63,866 nucleotides of DNA, filler included, from Atractiella rhizophila (GCA_021432655.1; 6 parts of 5 records of this genome joined end to end with filler, not necessarily neighbours in it), one strand, 5' to 3'; shown: positions 1-13,209, numbered from the whole stretch's first letter. A program made the numbers and translations. Notes: generated by a model from the letters alone, not told the origin.

Positions 1-707
1 ACCCCGACTCGATTAACTCCTTGCCTTATCTCGAGGCATGCGTGCGCGAAATCTTGCGTCTACATCCTCCGGTAGCTTCAACAGCGCGTTCTCCCGTGGC
101 GGACGACTACATCCCTCTCAGCGACGGGAAAAGGTTAAGGGTCAGGAAAGGACAACGAATTCAGATTGGGATCGAAGCGTGCAACAAACTCAAGTCGGTT
201 TGGGGAGAAGATGCTGCAGAGTTCAGACCGGAGAGGTGGCTGGAGAAGCAGGACGCGTCAAAGATAGGTGTTTACGGGGGTTTGTTAACATTTCTCGAAG
301 GTCAGCCTTTCCACATTTTCCTGCGAAGAATGCTCTGACCAGACGTTTAGGGCCGAGGTAAGCAGGTCGAGCTCTGCCAAACATTTGTTAATTTGTTCGC
401 AATTACAGATCATGCATAGGTGAACATCGAGTTTTCCTCAGAGAATCTATGACTGAATCTACCTTAGGTTTTCGATTTGCAGTATGGGAAATGAAAGTCT
501 TGATTTGGAATCTGGTTTCCGAGTTCGAGTTCAGGCCTCGTTCTCCAGAAACAAGAAGTGTGCGTCATGGAGTGGTGACAGTGAGACCAAGGTACCCTGA
601 ATCACTCAAGCTCAGTAGAATCGACTACTAACAATGCTTATAGAATTGTTGATGAAGAAACGCTTGGCTCTCGAATGCCGTTGAGAGTGCGTAAGTATGC
701 TGGATGA
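1..707 (+). CDS. Cytochrome P450, 3' part (5' end outside window)
   Basis: ExxR (EILR) and PERW motifs. Heme motif FLEGPRSCIGFRFA is rebuilt by splicing micro-exons 351-357 and 409-419. Last exon 644-707 ends RVRKYAG*. Confidence 0.93.
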
Positions 708-1457
708 CAGCTTCTTATTGGTGAATCTCATCTCATTGTGATTCTTGAGCTCATGCATTGCACAAGTGGCTGAAGTTATTGGCAATGATCACCATCAAGA
801 CTCAGTTTCGTGGAGACTGCGGGAGGGGTGGGTGCCAAGGATTGTACGAGGAACTGGATATCTGTTTCAAAACTGTGGACAGTGCTTGAATTATATACAG
901 GATAAAAGACAGCTGGATCATCTTGTTCAAGCTGAGACCCGGCCCCTTCTATGCATCAACATCTCAGGCTCCTCCAGTCCCTCCTGCCTGTTGTCCATGA
1001 TCGTTCCACCAGTTCAGGCGTGTTTCAACACCTGTTGCCCAAACCTGGAGAAGAACATACCTCAAAAGTTTCGCTCCGGCTTTCACCTAGTTCCATAATT
1101 GCGTTGGCTTTATTGAGGGTTAGATTCCTATAACCATGAAAAAAGGAATGCCATAATTGGATTCCTGATCACGTAGTGCAAAGGCATGGATAACTGGGAG
1201 AAGGGCAGTCATCCTCGCGAGAAGACTAAGGTAGCTTTGAGCGTTCTGTGACAGGGCCTTCGGTGACGGCACGTGAGGGCGTTCATTTGAGCTGGGGAAG
1301 TGGATGGTGATGTAGCGACCGTCTTCAATAATACCATATGGATGAATATGACCGTCTGGATGAGCAAAACTTGGATGACTCACGATAACTTATCTGATCA
1401 ATTTCAAACTTTTCGCCACCTCACCCCCAATAAACGACGACCACAACATTAATATTA

Positions 1458-3396
1458 ATGAGCAGAATGGTTAGACAGGAAGAAGGCTTCCAAGATAATG
1501 GGAAGGGCAAAGGGAAGGAGAAGGAGAGCCAGAGGGAAACTCCTCGTTCAGGGCATAAAATTTTGGCCGCCTCCTTCGGCGCGACTGTCACAAGCTTCAC
1601 GAGTACGCTTTTCTACTTTTCTCTATAGGAATAGGGTGCAGCGCAATTCTGTTTCCTGCAAAGCGGTACCGGGCTAAGAGATTTTGTTGTTCCATATAAA
1701 GTGACAGTTTATTCCTCCCCGTTCATTTTTTGGTGGGCACCAGCAAGATGTGATATCCAATTGGTCTCGTGGCTCGCTTTCCTGCTTCTTACGGGTTCGA
1801 GGGTGTAAATTTTGAAATCAGATGAAACTGGATTGAAACTGGATTATCCGCATGTATCGGATGTGAAGATCTGCAGGTTGCAGTTTCCTCAAAGGAGGAC
1901 CCATTAACTTACTGTAGATCAATATATTCATTCGACAAGTGAGCTTACTTTGTCGTTGCATGGGTCCTCCTTTGTAGGAGGACAGAAATTGTTATGTGAT
2001 CCTTTGCCGTTTGGCTTTGTCACTGGCCGCTTCAGCCGCTTGAATACTGACCGGGTAATTATAGTGACACCTTTCGACGTTATCAAAACTCGTCTCCAGA
2101 CTCAACATGTTGCTGAACCGCTCTTTTCCCCTTCATCGCATCTGCGTACCATTCCCTCTGAGCCATCGACGTCAAAAGTCACGCTCAGCACTACCTTGCA
2201 ACCTGCTGCCGTCTCCGCGACTTCGAATCCGACATGTTGTCGCACCACATTCTTTTCCACAAACCTCAACTCTAACTCCTTAATATGCAAATTCGATCCA
2301 CGGATAATTCCGCCTGCTTCTTCGCCCGCGTTCAACATCGCAGGAACCGCAAGCTCAGCCCTCTCTAAAATCGCTACGAAGCCTGTCCCAGTCCCTCCAG
2401 TTGCACCGTCACTTCCTGTTTCCGTACCTACCAACGCTTGTGTCTTCCCCAATCCCGAAACTGCAGAGCTTGTTCTCATGCACGAGAGCCCGCCCCGACT
2501 TTCTGGACTGGGGCACGCATTCTCCACTATCCTGAAGACCGAAGGACTCGGGACGTTGTGGAGAGGTGTTGGAACAGCCTTGGCGATTAGTGTACCCAGT
2601 CAAGCGATCTACATGGTCGGGTACGATTGGCTACGGTATCGACTCCTACATGAATGGCGACCGTCATGGTCGATCAATCAAAAGGGAGGAACAAAGAAGG
2701 GCTATGAGACCCTTTCCGTCCTTTTCGCAGGATCGTTCACTAGAAGTGCTATCGTGACCCTCTTCTCCCCTCTAGAATTGATACGGACAAGGTTACAGTA
2801 TCAACCTCATGAGAATACTTGGGGTGAGATTATTCGGACTGCGCTGAGAGATCAAGCGAACGGTGGCAGGATGAGTGTGTGGAGTTTATGGAGAGGCTTA
2901 CCGCCGACACTATGGAGGGATGTACCTTTCAGCGCGATATATTGGGTCGGGTACGAGACGCTGAAGAAGAGTTTGACAGGAAAGGGAATGGGAGAGGGGT
3001 GGAAGGACGAGGAGATGGGAAAGTCGAGCGCTCTGAATCGGGTTTGGGGTCGCGTTCGTTTGTGGCGGTGCGTCAGGAATGGTGCGCGTTTTCTGTTTAT
3101 TTGGTTCGTTCGGACACGCTAACACTTGTTGACAGTTTGCTGCTACCTTGACGAATGCCTTTGACGTCGTGAAAACTCGTCGACAGGCGCTGTCTCACTC
3201 CGTTGTCCCCAGTAATGGTATGAAGGCGGACACCACCACCTTTGGCATCATCCGCGAGATCTTCAGGACTGAAGGCATTGCTGGATTACAGCGAGGTCTC
3301 AGTCCAAGACTGGCGAGGGTCGGACCGGCCTGTGCTATCATCATGATTGGGAGCTATGAGGGATTGGGAGGATGGTTAGAGGAAAGATTCAAGTAA
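1458..3396 (+). CDS. MTM1: Mitochondrial carrier, MTM1/SLC25A39-40 family; apparent +1 frameshift near 3036-3043
   Basis: Three carrier signatures: TPFDVIKTRLQ, SPLELIRTRLQ, NAFDVVKTRRQ. Also LWRGLPPTLWRDVPFSAIYW. Exon 1 is 1458-1602, intron 1603-2064. Confidence 0.88.
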
Positions 3397-3689
3397 GATC
3401 TGTCAATACAGATTCACCATACCTAGACACTGCTCAATTATCATGTTCCTCATTTATCCCCTCGGCATCGAAAGCATCCCTTGCTCTTTCCTCCTTCCTA
3501 CCGTAAAGCCTATCAGATATTTTTCGTTGTTGGAGTTTTGAGATGTTTCAAGGTCACTGATGCTGTGCTTCTGTCATTCTATTTCTGTGGATCCTCCTCA
3601 TGCACACTGTATACCGTATGCTGGCTTCTACGAGATTCTTTCGCTGAAACCAGAAAGAACCAGGAAAGGGGAGCATGAAATCAACAAGA

Positions 3690-3703
3690 CCCTAACCCTA
3701 GGG
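3690..3703 (+). promoter_or_regulatory. Telomere-like motif (CCCTAACCCTAGGG) upstream of BEM1
   Basis: Nearly two CCCTAA units in intergenic DNA; resembles a telo-box/Tbf1-type site. Confidence 0.3.
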
Positions 3704-3993
3704 ACAACTGCAGATCAAGGTCCGCCATTGGTTCGCCACCAAGCCTGTTTGGTATCGCAACAAAGGTCTACTAGATTTCGCTCAGGAAGTGACAAAACGG
3801 AGGTGTTATAAGAGAAGGGTGTGTTCGACCTTGCAGTTTCGGTGGCGAATTCTAGGTGTCATTGCGGGCTTCAATCGTACCATCTGGCTAATCTTGGTGA
3901 GTAAACAATTCATTTCCTCCGACAAAGTCAAACGGGTTCCCTTTCCTCAGATTTCGAGTAATATCCTCGTTTCTACGCTTCCTATCACTCGCC

Positions 3994-6172
3994 ATGAAGT
4001 CACTCAACCTTCGTCGTTCCCTGAACAAGGACAAAATCTCTTCCCCGTCTAATTTCCAGTCGACATCTCCGGTCTATTCCTCCGCCGCTGCCCCTTCCCT
4101 CATGTCCCTTCCAAGTGGTACCCCAGCTTCTCCTCCCGCAGTCGGCCCCTATACACCAGCAGGCGTCTTAAACGGAATGATGGGGAAACCAAACGCGAAT
4201 CCAAAACGTGTGATTAAGGCAATGAGGAACTATCAGGCGCGATCACCTCGGGAACTCAACTTTTCAATTGGAGACTTTTTCCACGTCGTGGCGGAGGTAC
4301 CAGGGAATGGCCCTGATGGTCAAGGATGGTTCGACGCCTCGAATCCCTTGTCCGGTGCACGGGGTCTAGTTCCAATGAGCTATTTCCAAATTTTGGGTAG
4401 GAATCTGAAGGAGAATGAGATGATGGCGCAGAAGATGAACAGTGCAGGTGGCGGAATGGGCCAGACAGTGCCTCCTCTCGCTTCCCCTCCGCCCCAAGCC
4501 CAATCTTTCAACTCGCTGCCTCCTCCTACAAACAACAAATCTCAGTTCCCTCCCTATACGAGCACATCGGCTCCTTCTATCCCTGCTAAAACGTCAGGTC
4601 CTCAACATCAACCGCTCTACGGAATTGTTCAGTACGACTTTGTAGCCGAACGCGCGGACGAGCTGGACGCGCGAAAAGGGGAACCACTGATCATCATTGC
4701 CCAATCTAACCACGAATGGTTCGTTGCCAAGCCTATCGGTCGACTAGGTGGGCCTGGCCTGATTCCTGTCGCCTTCGTCGAAATTAGAGATAGCGTAACG
4801 GGACGAAAGATCGAGCGTCAGGATGTAGAAGAGCTGATGAGGAGTGGAGGTGTGTTACCTAAGGTGGAGGATTGGAAGAAGAAAGCGGCGGAGTATAGGA
4901 GCAGGAGTATTCCTCTCGGGAAGTTTGAGTTTGAAGGAACTACTCCCGTTAGTGTGGGAGGAGTTAGTGGGGCAACGCCTATTCCCACCGCTTCACCTCT
5001 TCAGACGCAATCCTCGGTCGGACCTTCTCCAGCACAAATGTACCAGCAGAACGGTGGTGCGTTTTCTATCTTTGTCCTTCCGCATGGCTTAGGAAATCGT
5101 GATAGCTTCGGCTAGCACCTCACGAACAAGTTACACCAGTCAGCATTCTCCAGTGACTACGTCATTCTCTCAGACCTCCGTCGCTTCCTCAAGCGGTGGT
5201 GCACCTCCTCCTTTCCCACTGCTCGCCAGTGCGACTGTAGACTCCTTCCACCAAGAAGAGGGTTCCTTCTGGTTCCACGTTCGTGCCAAATTCGAAGATG
5301 GTCGCAACTTTTTGCTCTACCGCTTGTATGAAGATTTCTACGACTTCCAAATCGCTCTGATCGATCGCTTCCCTTACGAAGCTGGAAACGGCGAAGATAT
5401 CATCGACGGTAAGGTGTACAAGAGTCAGAGGATCATTCCTAGGATGCCTGGCCCCGTCGAAAATGTGGATGAAGAAGTATGCTCCCAGCGAGCTCAAGAT
5501 CTCGAGTTTTACTTGAATGAACTGGTGAAGCTACCTGATCATGTCAAGAAGGATATAGTATTTGAAGAGTTTTTGGATCTTCGCGAAGGTGATGTGGAGA
5601 TGGACCAAGGACCGAGTTTGAGGAAGTCGCCAGAAGATGAGGGGGATGGGCTTATGAACTTTTTGGAAGAGATGGTTAATGGCAAGAAGTCGGATAAGGA
5701 GGAAAGCATCAGGTCTCTGGAGAGTGGGGTGCAAAGCATGGGCCTTTCCTCTACGGACGATCACTATGACGACAACTCGCGATCCCAACCCATGTCTCCT
5801 CAAAGTTCGGCAGCTCTGCTAGCCTCCCCACCTACAAACAATGGCAGAACTTCGTCTTGGAATTCCACTTCTACTTCAGGAGCCCCAACCAACTCCAATG
5901 CCAGCAATCCCAACATTCAGCAAGGATATATGAAGATCAAGATCCTTCATCGCAATACTGATGATCTCATCGCCATTCGAGTACCTTCCAATGTCACCTT
6001 TCCAGAGTTGTTGGCCAAAGCAAAGGAGAGGTTAGGGAACGAAGTTACAAAGCTTTCTTTCAAAGAAAATGAGGGAGTGTCGGCGAACGGAAGATTCATC
6101 CCTCTAACGAATGACAGGGACTTGGCATCGTGGGCGAACCGAGCAGCAAAAATGATCCTTTATGCGGATTGA
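3994..6172 (+). CDS. BEM1: Polarity scaffold Bem1/Scd2 (SH3-SH3-PX-PB1)
   Basis: SH3 domains (VIKAMRNY..ELNFSIGDFF; YGIVQYDFVAERADEL..WFVAKPIGRLGGPGLIP), PX (LYRLYEDFYDFQIAL) and C-terminal PB1 (MKIKILHRNTDDLIAIRV). Intron 5057-5105. Confidence 0.95.
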
Positions 6173-7149
6173 GGTGAGGGCAGCACGAGTACTTTCGGTT
6201 GTTCAGCTGTATGTCCTGTTCTGATATTTAAACGTTTGGTGGAGAACTAATACTAATTGGTTTACAGGTTGTGATTTCATGCTTGATTATAATCACCTGG
6301 CTAACAGGTTGTGTTTCCTTCCTCATTCTTATCTTTCGAGCTATGGTTTAGCGGCGCAATATCACCGTTCTGGTTGTACTTCCGTCCGAACGATCCAGCT
6401 CCTTCACACATATTCACACAAAGCTTGTTCGGTTTTGGTCGCTCAAAATACCTGGTCTTCATGCTCAACGGCCTCTTTTAAGCCGTCCCTCATTCCGTTG
6501 AAAATTATAGACTTACATTGTGTCGTTTCAATCTTTCGCCCTCGAACCTGTCCAGCTGACTTGATATTCTATTGCAGATCTTTCGACTTTCATTGTTTGA
6601 AGTTCTCACCTAGGTTCTGACTTTCTTTTCACGATTCCGTTCTTCTCTTCTCTCGATTCGATCGCATGACTATATATCGACATTTTATTCTTCTTTGTTC
6701 CTTGAAAGCGCCCGAAAGCGCCTTTGTGATTCCGAACAGACGTTGAAACCTGCAGTATTCCAACCAGTCGAAGCTCCACACGCTCGTTTCCAGCTTCTTC
6801 TCGAATTCTTCTCTGTTCGCCTATAGCCTGTATTGCTGCCTTGTCTCACTTCCGTCTGGGAACTACTACCTTGTTAGCTTTAATGTACAATCATCATTTA
6901 CAGCAATGGTCTAGCTAGTTACAATACTGCTGGTATATCGCGAAGCCCTTAAATAGGTCCCAAAATATGAATATGAGGCATTGTGAAGGTACCCAGCGCG
7001 ACTATGAATGATGAGAGCGATGGAGCAATAAATGATATGTGCAACGAATGGTCCGTCATCTATGACTATACCAGTTCTATTCTGACTTGCACCATCTCTA
7101 TGAGCAAGTAAGAGTGTACCAGTTCCACCCTGAGCGGCATGGGTTCTAT

Positions 7150-9069
7150 CTATGAGCAAGTAAAGAAGTCGAGAGCCAGGTTGGCCGCAGCGGTTTGAGG
7201 ATAGAACCAGACGGCGAGAGCGATGAGGGTGTAGATGGCGAGAAGGCACCAGCCGGAGAGGAAGGTGGTTCGTCCTGCCTGAATCACTTGGGTGGTGACG
7301 AGGACGCCGAGGAAGAGGGAGAGGGCTTCGAAGGGATCGAATAGGAGGGAGAGCGGTTTACCGATTACCCAGCCTATTACCACTCTATTTAACGGTTGAC
7401 CGTTAGTAATGTTCAAGTTTGAAGATATTATGGGGGAAGACGAACAGGAGAGGAATGACGAAAACGCTAATTTGAATGCCGGATCCAATAGCAATTCCCA
7501 TGCTCAAATCCATCCTTCCCTTCCATGCGGCAGTGATTGCGCTCCAATGTTCAGCGGCATTCCCGACGATAGGCAGCATGATGAGACCCACAAACTCCTG
7601 TGAGATGCCTCCCTTCTCGGCGAATCCATTGATCGAATCGACCAAGAACTCGCTCGTGAGTCCCACGAGACCGGCGACGGAGGTGAGGAGGAGGGCGATG
7701 AAGAGTTTATTGAGTTGCGGCTGCTCCTCTTCCTCCTCTTCCACCTTCACCATCTCATCGCTCCTCTTGGCCTCCCGATTGATCTGATCGATGTTACTCG
7801 CCACGCTCCTCATCAGATAGATGTTCTTGAACATCTTGACCTTGTATCCCTCCTCTGGAGGACGGAAGGATTCCCCGGGACGCTCTTCGTCGTACAGGAA
7901 CTTGTGCGTCTTCAGTTGAGAGAGCAGGTAGCCAAAGTAGATGAGGATTAGGATTATAGACGTCCCCCTCGAGATCTTCAGCAGGTCAGGCTTCTCGGTT
8001 TCGTCCATTATGGACGCGTCAAAGGCGGCGTGGAATCCGAACGGGATGAGTACGGCTATCAAACTAGGTTAGTGGACGGGTCTGAAGGTGAAGGTGAGAG
8101 TGATGATGGACATACAAGTTACGGCCATGAATAATATTGTTCCGTTCAACTGGGCAGCTCCGACTTTAAAGTACAGCTCGCTGAATCGTGCTCCGCCAAG
8201 GAATAGGCAGCAACCGAGGACGAGGAGAATGTTTGAAAGGATGGAGCCGAGGAGTGAGGACTGGACGATGCGGAGTTCACATTTCACAAGGGCTAGAATG
8301 GCGACGATGAGCTCGACAACGTTTCCTATTACCACCCACCGATAGGTATATCAGCTCATTGCACAGTAGAGTCGGGAATAAAGGACGAACCAAGCGTCGC
8401 GTTCACTAAACCTCCGATGGTAGGACCGACGCGCATTGTGAGCTCCTCAGTCCCGAACCCGAGGAGGGAAGCGAGGGGAATAATCCCGAAGAAGCTCGTC
8501 ACTTTCAATCCCCCACCACAGTCCTTCAGCACCCGGATCTTTACAACGTCAACACAAAAGAAGGACTCACAGAAAACCGCGGTATCTCCCACTTTAGCGA
8601 AATGCAATGCCCACGAAATGGGGACAAAGATGATTAAAACGTTCAAATAATTGCTCTTGAGGATAGCCATCGCGCTCTCCTTATTCGACGGTTCCTTCCA
8701 CTCCCTCTTCCCGTGACCACCTCCACCTCCATCCCCATTCTCTCCTCCATCTCCATCTCCCACACCTCCGGGACCCGTCGGAGTGACGGGAGAGAATTCG
8801 GTGGGCAATTTGAAGCTCGTCCCGCTCGGACTGACGGGCGTGAGGATGAGTTCTGGAGTGGGAGCCTCCCACATCGTTTTGTCGGACGTGGAAGCTGCGG
8901 AAGAAGTGGCGGAGATGGAGGAGGCGGAGGATGGTGAGCGGTAGTGGCCAGGGGAAGGGATGTAGAGCGGTCCGAGACGGGTTGTGGAGGGCGGCGGGAC
9001 TTTGAGTAAGGTGCCATTGGACGAGGTTGGCGGACTGTTGGTGCTGGGATCGTTGGAGGTGGTAACCAT
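7150..9069 (-). CDS. VCX1: Vacuolar Ca2+/H+ exchanger (CAX family)
   Basis: Alpha-repeat motifs GNVVE and [35 protein letters not shown]. Multiple TM helices over several exons. Confidence 0.92.
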
Positions 9070-9754
9070 GGCTCGTCGTAAGTTAGCTGAACAAGCTGAA
9101 CAAGTCGTGAATAAATGAAATGAAGAGTCAAATATAAGTCAGGAGGAACTGGTGCTCACTTTGAGCTGGGCTTGACTTTTTTCCAACAAGGGTTGTGCTT
9201 TTAAGGCAGGGCAGTGGCGGGACTCCGGCGGGCAGAAGCGGATAGAATGAATGAAAGAATGCAAATACGCAAACTGTAGAGAGCGTAGTAGCGTAAGGCA
9301 CTGCGAGTGGTCTATTGCAGGTACGCGTCTAACACATCTGGCCTGCGAGTCAGCTGCCGTCTGCAGTGTGAAATGTTTGTGTGTGGGAGTTGGTCGACTG
9401 TTGAAGTCGAAGTGGGATTAAGGTTGTGGCGTTTTGAAAATCCCATGTTTGCCACGGAACCTAATACTATCTGCTTCCTGAACATTAAACATGTTTTCAT
9501 GCGCTGACATACACCGAAGCAAGCTAACACTAGCGTGGTCAATGCCAATGTCACTGTTATTATTATCCCAGGAAATGTACATGTAACTGCCAGCTTGCCA
9601 CTCAGCCCTGTACTCGAACTGAAGTCACACCTCCGATTATCCTGCCAACGCGCCCTGCGCGATCACGGAGGCTACACGCACGCCTGAGGCCTCATTTAAA
9701 CCCACCCAATCCCTCAAACGGGGCATCAACTTCTGAAGAAGAAGTATTACTAGT

Positions 9755-12627
9755 ATGGATGTTGCTCAGAATTTCTTGCACGAGAGGAGTGCGTTGTTGG
9801 TGAAGCTCCTGTGAGTTTCGGTTCCTATAAAGAACAATGGAGCCATCCAATCAAAAGAGACACGTTTCAAGGCGTGATTCTCGTGAATGCAATATTTATG
9901 CGTTGTCATTTCGCAAAGATAGAAGATATCGATCTTGCATCAGAGCGAAGGTCTCAAAGGCCTGAGATGGGCATTAAGCCTGTTAAGCAACACCATATTA
10001 GTCGGAGGAGCTACATATTACATGAAACTTCCATCATATATGTGGTTTAGAGGTGATATAATGTGACGTCTAAAACAAGACGTCGTCTCTTCGAGGTTCC
10101 ATGTCGCACTCAATTCTGCATTATCCTCTCTCCCCCATGCGTGCCTTCCCAAGAGATCAGATCTCTAACTTCGATGCCAGCGCCGTCCCAGTAACGCTCT
10201 ACCTCTTCCTCCGCGTCTTCGTCGCCCTCCGCTGGCGCCTCGCATCTCTCCGCACCCTCCCAGGCCCTCCATCGTCCTCCTTGATTTGGGGAAACCTCAA
10301 GGAGATCCTCGCTGAAAGCCCTGGAGCGCCACATCTCCGTGTACGTCTTCTTATAATGTTCTCCTCCTTGAAAATTCTGTGGACTGTTTGTGCGGTACAT
10401 TGGATGAGAGGCTGATGGGTTTGAATGGGTCGTAGTGGGGGAAACAGTACGGGAAGGTGCTCAGGTATCATGGGATGTTGGGCGTACGTTACTTTTTTCC
10501 CGCGAAAATGGAAATAGAAGAACTGAACGGCCCATTACGATTGTAGGATTCCAGACTTCTCGTCATGGACCCCGTCTCTCTCCATCACATCTTGACATCG
10601 AAGGGATACGAATACCCGAAGCCGAATGAAATGAGAGGGGATCTGAAGAGGATGTTCGGGGACGGAATCCTATTTGCAGAAGGTGCGATCTTTCCTTCAT
10701 TCCACTCGATTAATCCGTTGACGACCTGGATGAATCGTAGGCGACGATCACCGTCGTCAGAGGAAGATTATGAACCCTGCCTTTTCGGCAGGACACCTCA
10801 AACAGCTCGTACCTACCTTTTTCGACAAGACGATGAAGGTCCGTCCGTCCTCTCAATTCTTATCAATCCTTCGGATTGACGTATAAACGCTCCGTACAGT
10901 TGAGAGATCAATGGTTCGACCTTCTCGCCGCCGGGAAACACGATGATGCCCAGCCGTTCCCGAAGGGAATGGAAGCCGAAGGAGAAGTAGAGAAGGATGG
11001 AGTCGTGATCGATATTTTGAAGTCTCTCAACAAGGTCACCCTCAACATTATTGGCGTTAGTACGTCCATACCTCCTTTCTCGCATTAATTCGATTCGCTG
11101 AGATGCTGAATGAATAGCTGGTTTTGGGTACGAGTTCGACGCGTTGGAGAATGACGATTCGCCTTTGTATCACGCGTTCAGGACGATGTTGTGCGTTTAT
11201 CCCTCTCTTCTCCACGAATATATCGTAACGACTTGTCTTCCCTTCCCACAGCCCAATGACTCGTCCCGCCTCACCATCCCGCTTCATGCTCTTCATCATG
11301 GTCCTACGAATGTACGCTCCATTCCTGCTCCGCATGTTCCCCACAGAGGTTGGGAGACAAATGAACGCGGCGACGGAGTCGTTGAAAATGCAGGGGATGA
11401 AATTGATTGAGGAAAGAAAGGAGGAGGTGTTGCAGGAGAAGGGAGGAAGAGATTTAATTAGCTTGCTCAGTTCGTCTCCTGCGACCTGATTCGCGGAGTA
11501 AATTAATGGTTCTTGGGATGTGCAGTTAGGGCGAATGTGGAAGCGAAGAAGAAGGGGGATAAGAAGGCATTCATAACCGACGCTGTAAGCTGTATTCTGC
11601 TTCTTTTCGGTTTTGCGATTCTCATGACGATTCTAGGAATTGTTAGGACAAGTGATGGTAAGTTTCACGCATAATCCCATGAATCATTGCTCAAGTTGAA
11701 TGATAGACTTTCCTTCTGGGTACGTCGAGATTTGTACACATTTGATGTAACATCGATGATCTGAGCAGCCGGTCACGAGACGACGTCAACCACAGCTACT
11801 TTTATGCTGCACTACCTCTCTCTGCATCCCGCAGTGCAAAGCAAGCTACGAGCTGAAATCCTCGCTTCGCGCGCCAGCATCACACCAGATTCCGATCCTG
11901 AGATACTCAACGCGCTTCCCTATTTGGATGCTTGTTGTCGCGAGGTCTTGCGTCTGCGTTCACCCGTTTCAACAACTTTCCGATCAGCAGCACATGACGA
12001 TGTTGTCCCGATGTCGGATGGATCGAGCTTCAGGATTACGAAAGGAAGACAGATCGTCATCGGCATCGATGGTTTCAATAGGGCCGAAAGGGTTTGGGGA
12101 AATGATGCTGAAGTTTTTAGGCCGGAGAGGTGGTTGGAAGGCGAAGCAGGAAAGAGTGATGGTGTGACTACAGGTGTTTTTGCTGGCTTGTTGACGTTTT
12201 TGGAGGGTGAGCCTGAACGAGCCTTTCTCCACTGGACTACTCTAACGCATGTATAGGTCCAAGGTAAGCCCGAGCGATTCGCCTTGCGTGCTGATTGAGC
12301 CAACGTTTCTTCATCATCAGGTCATGCATCGGTAAGGCTCCTTCTATTACGCAAAGCTATCGCTCAACCAAGAGTCCAGGGTATCGCTTCGCCATATGGG
12401 AATTGAAGGCCATCATCTTCAACTTGATCGCGGAATTTGAATTCAGCCCCCGTTCCAAGGACACGGAAGTCGAGGCCAGAAGCATGCTCGTTACTCGCCC
12501 CAGGTGAGCTCCACTCACTAGGACCCAGAGCCCAGCCTATATATTTGCCTGACCTGTCAATAGGATCGTCGGAGAGCCCGAATTAGGAACCAGATTGCCT
12601 TTACGGGTTAGAAAATATGTTGGTTAG
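9755..12627 (+). CDS. Cytochrome P450, full length, paralog of the gene at 1-707
   Basis: Exon 1 (9755-9810) splices in frame to 10181. PGPP hinge, I-helix TFLLAGHETTS (micro-exons 11637-11657 and 11707-11719), EVLR, PERW, FLEGPRSCIGYRFA. Confidence 0.93.
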
Positions 12628-13209
12628 CGTTCTGACCTTTCTATTGGACATGTGGGTTTCCTGTTACACCACGGACCTTTCCATGACGGAACACGTAAGG
12701 ATCTTCTTCATCTCGTTGCCTTTCAGCGGGAACTTCATGTAATTTTGCGTGGAACCGCCAGAACTATTCCACATACATGCAAACGTCTTTTAGAAGACAT
12801 AAGAAGAGAGAACCATTGAGGGATCGATCTATCTAGAATAGAGAAACCAAAAAAAGAATGGAGGGCAAGACGGGAACAAATGACACGCATGTTTAAAGAG
12901 ATAAGAGATACTAAACCATGCGAACGCTACGCGGAAGAACCCTCGTCAAAGAGGAGTTTTCTAGAAGGGTTGCAACGAACATTGGCATAATGTTATGAGT
13001 TTATGCGACAACACATTCGCGAGACAGCAGAGAGCTGGATGAGAAGATCTGTCTTCGTCTATAAACGGTCGAGTAGAAGGCAGGACACCAAGCAGTCTAA
13101 GAGGTCTGGGTGCTGGCACATGGAAGTACATCGACATATCCGTGCCTTCTACAGGGATGAGACTTTTGAACTTAATCCTTGTTGTTCATTAGCGATGACT
13201 ACTTAACTG

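Noticed and set aside
745..1383. Short ORFs between the P450 and MTM1
   Set aside because: No recognisable motif or consistent exon chain on either strand.
1750..1850. tRNA or TPP riboswitch in the MTM1 intron (A-box-like TGGTCTCGTGG, GGTTCGA, CTGGAT)
   Set aside because: No cloverleaf can be formed, and the CUGAGA and other TPP core motifs are missing.
3690..3703. Telomere or telomerase RNA template
   Set aside because: Only about two repeat units, internal, with no supporting structure; more likely a promoter motif.
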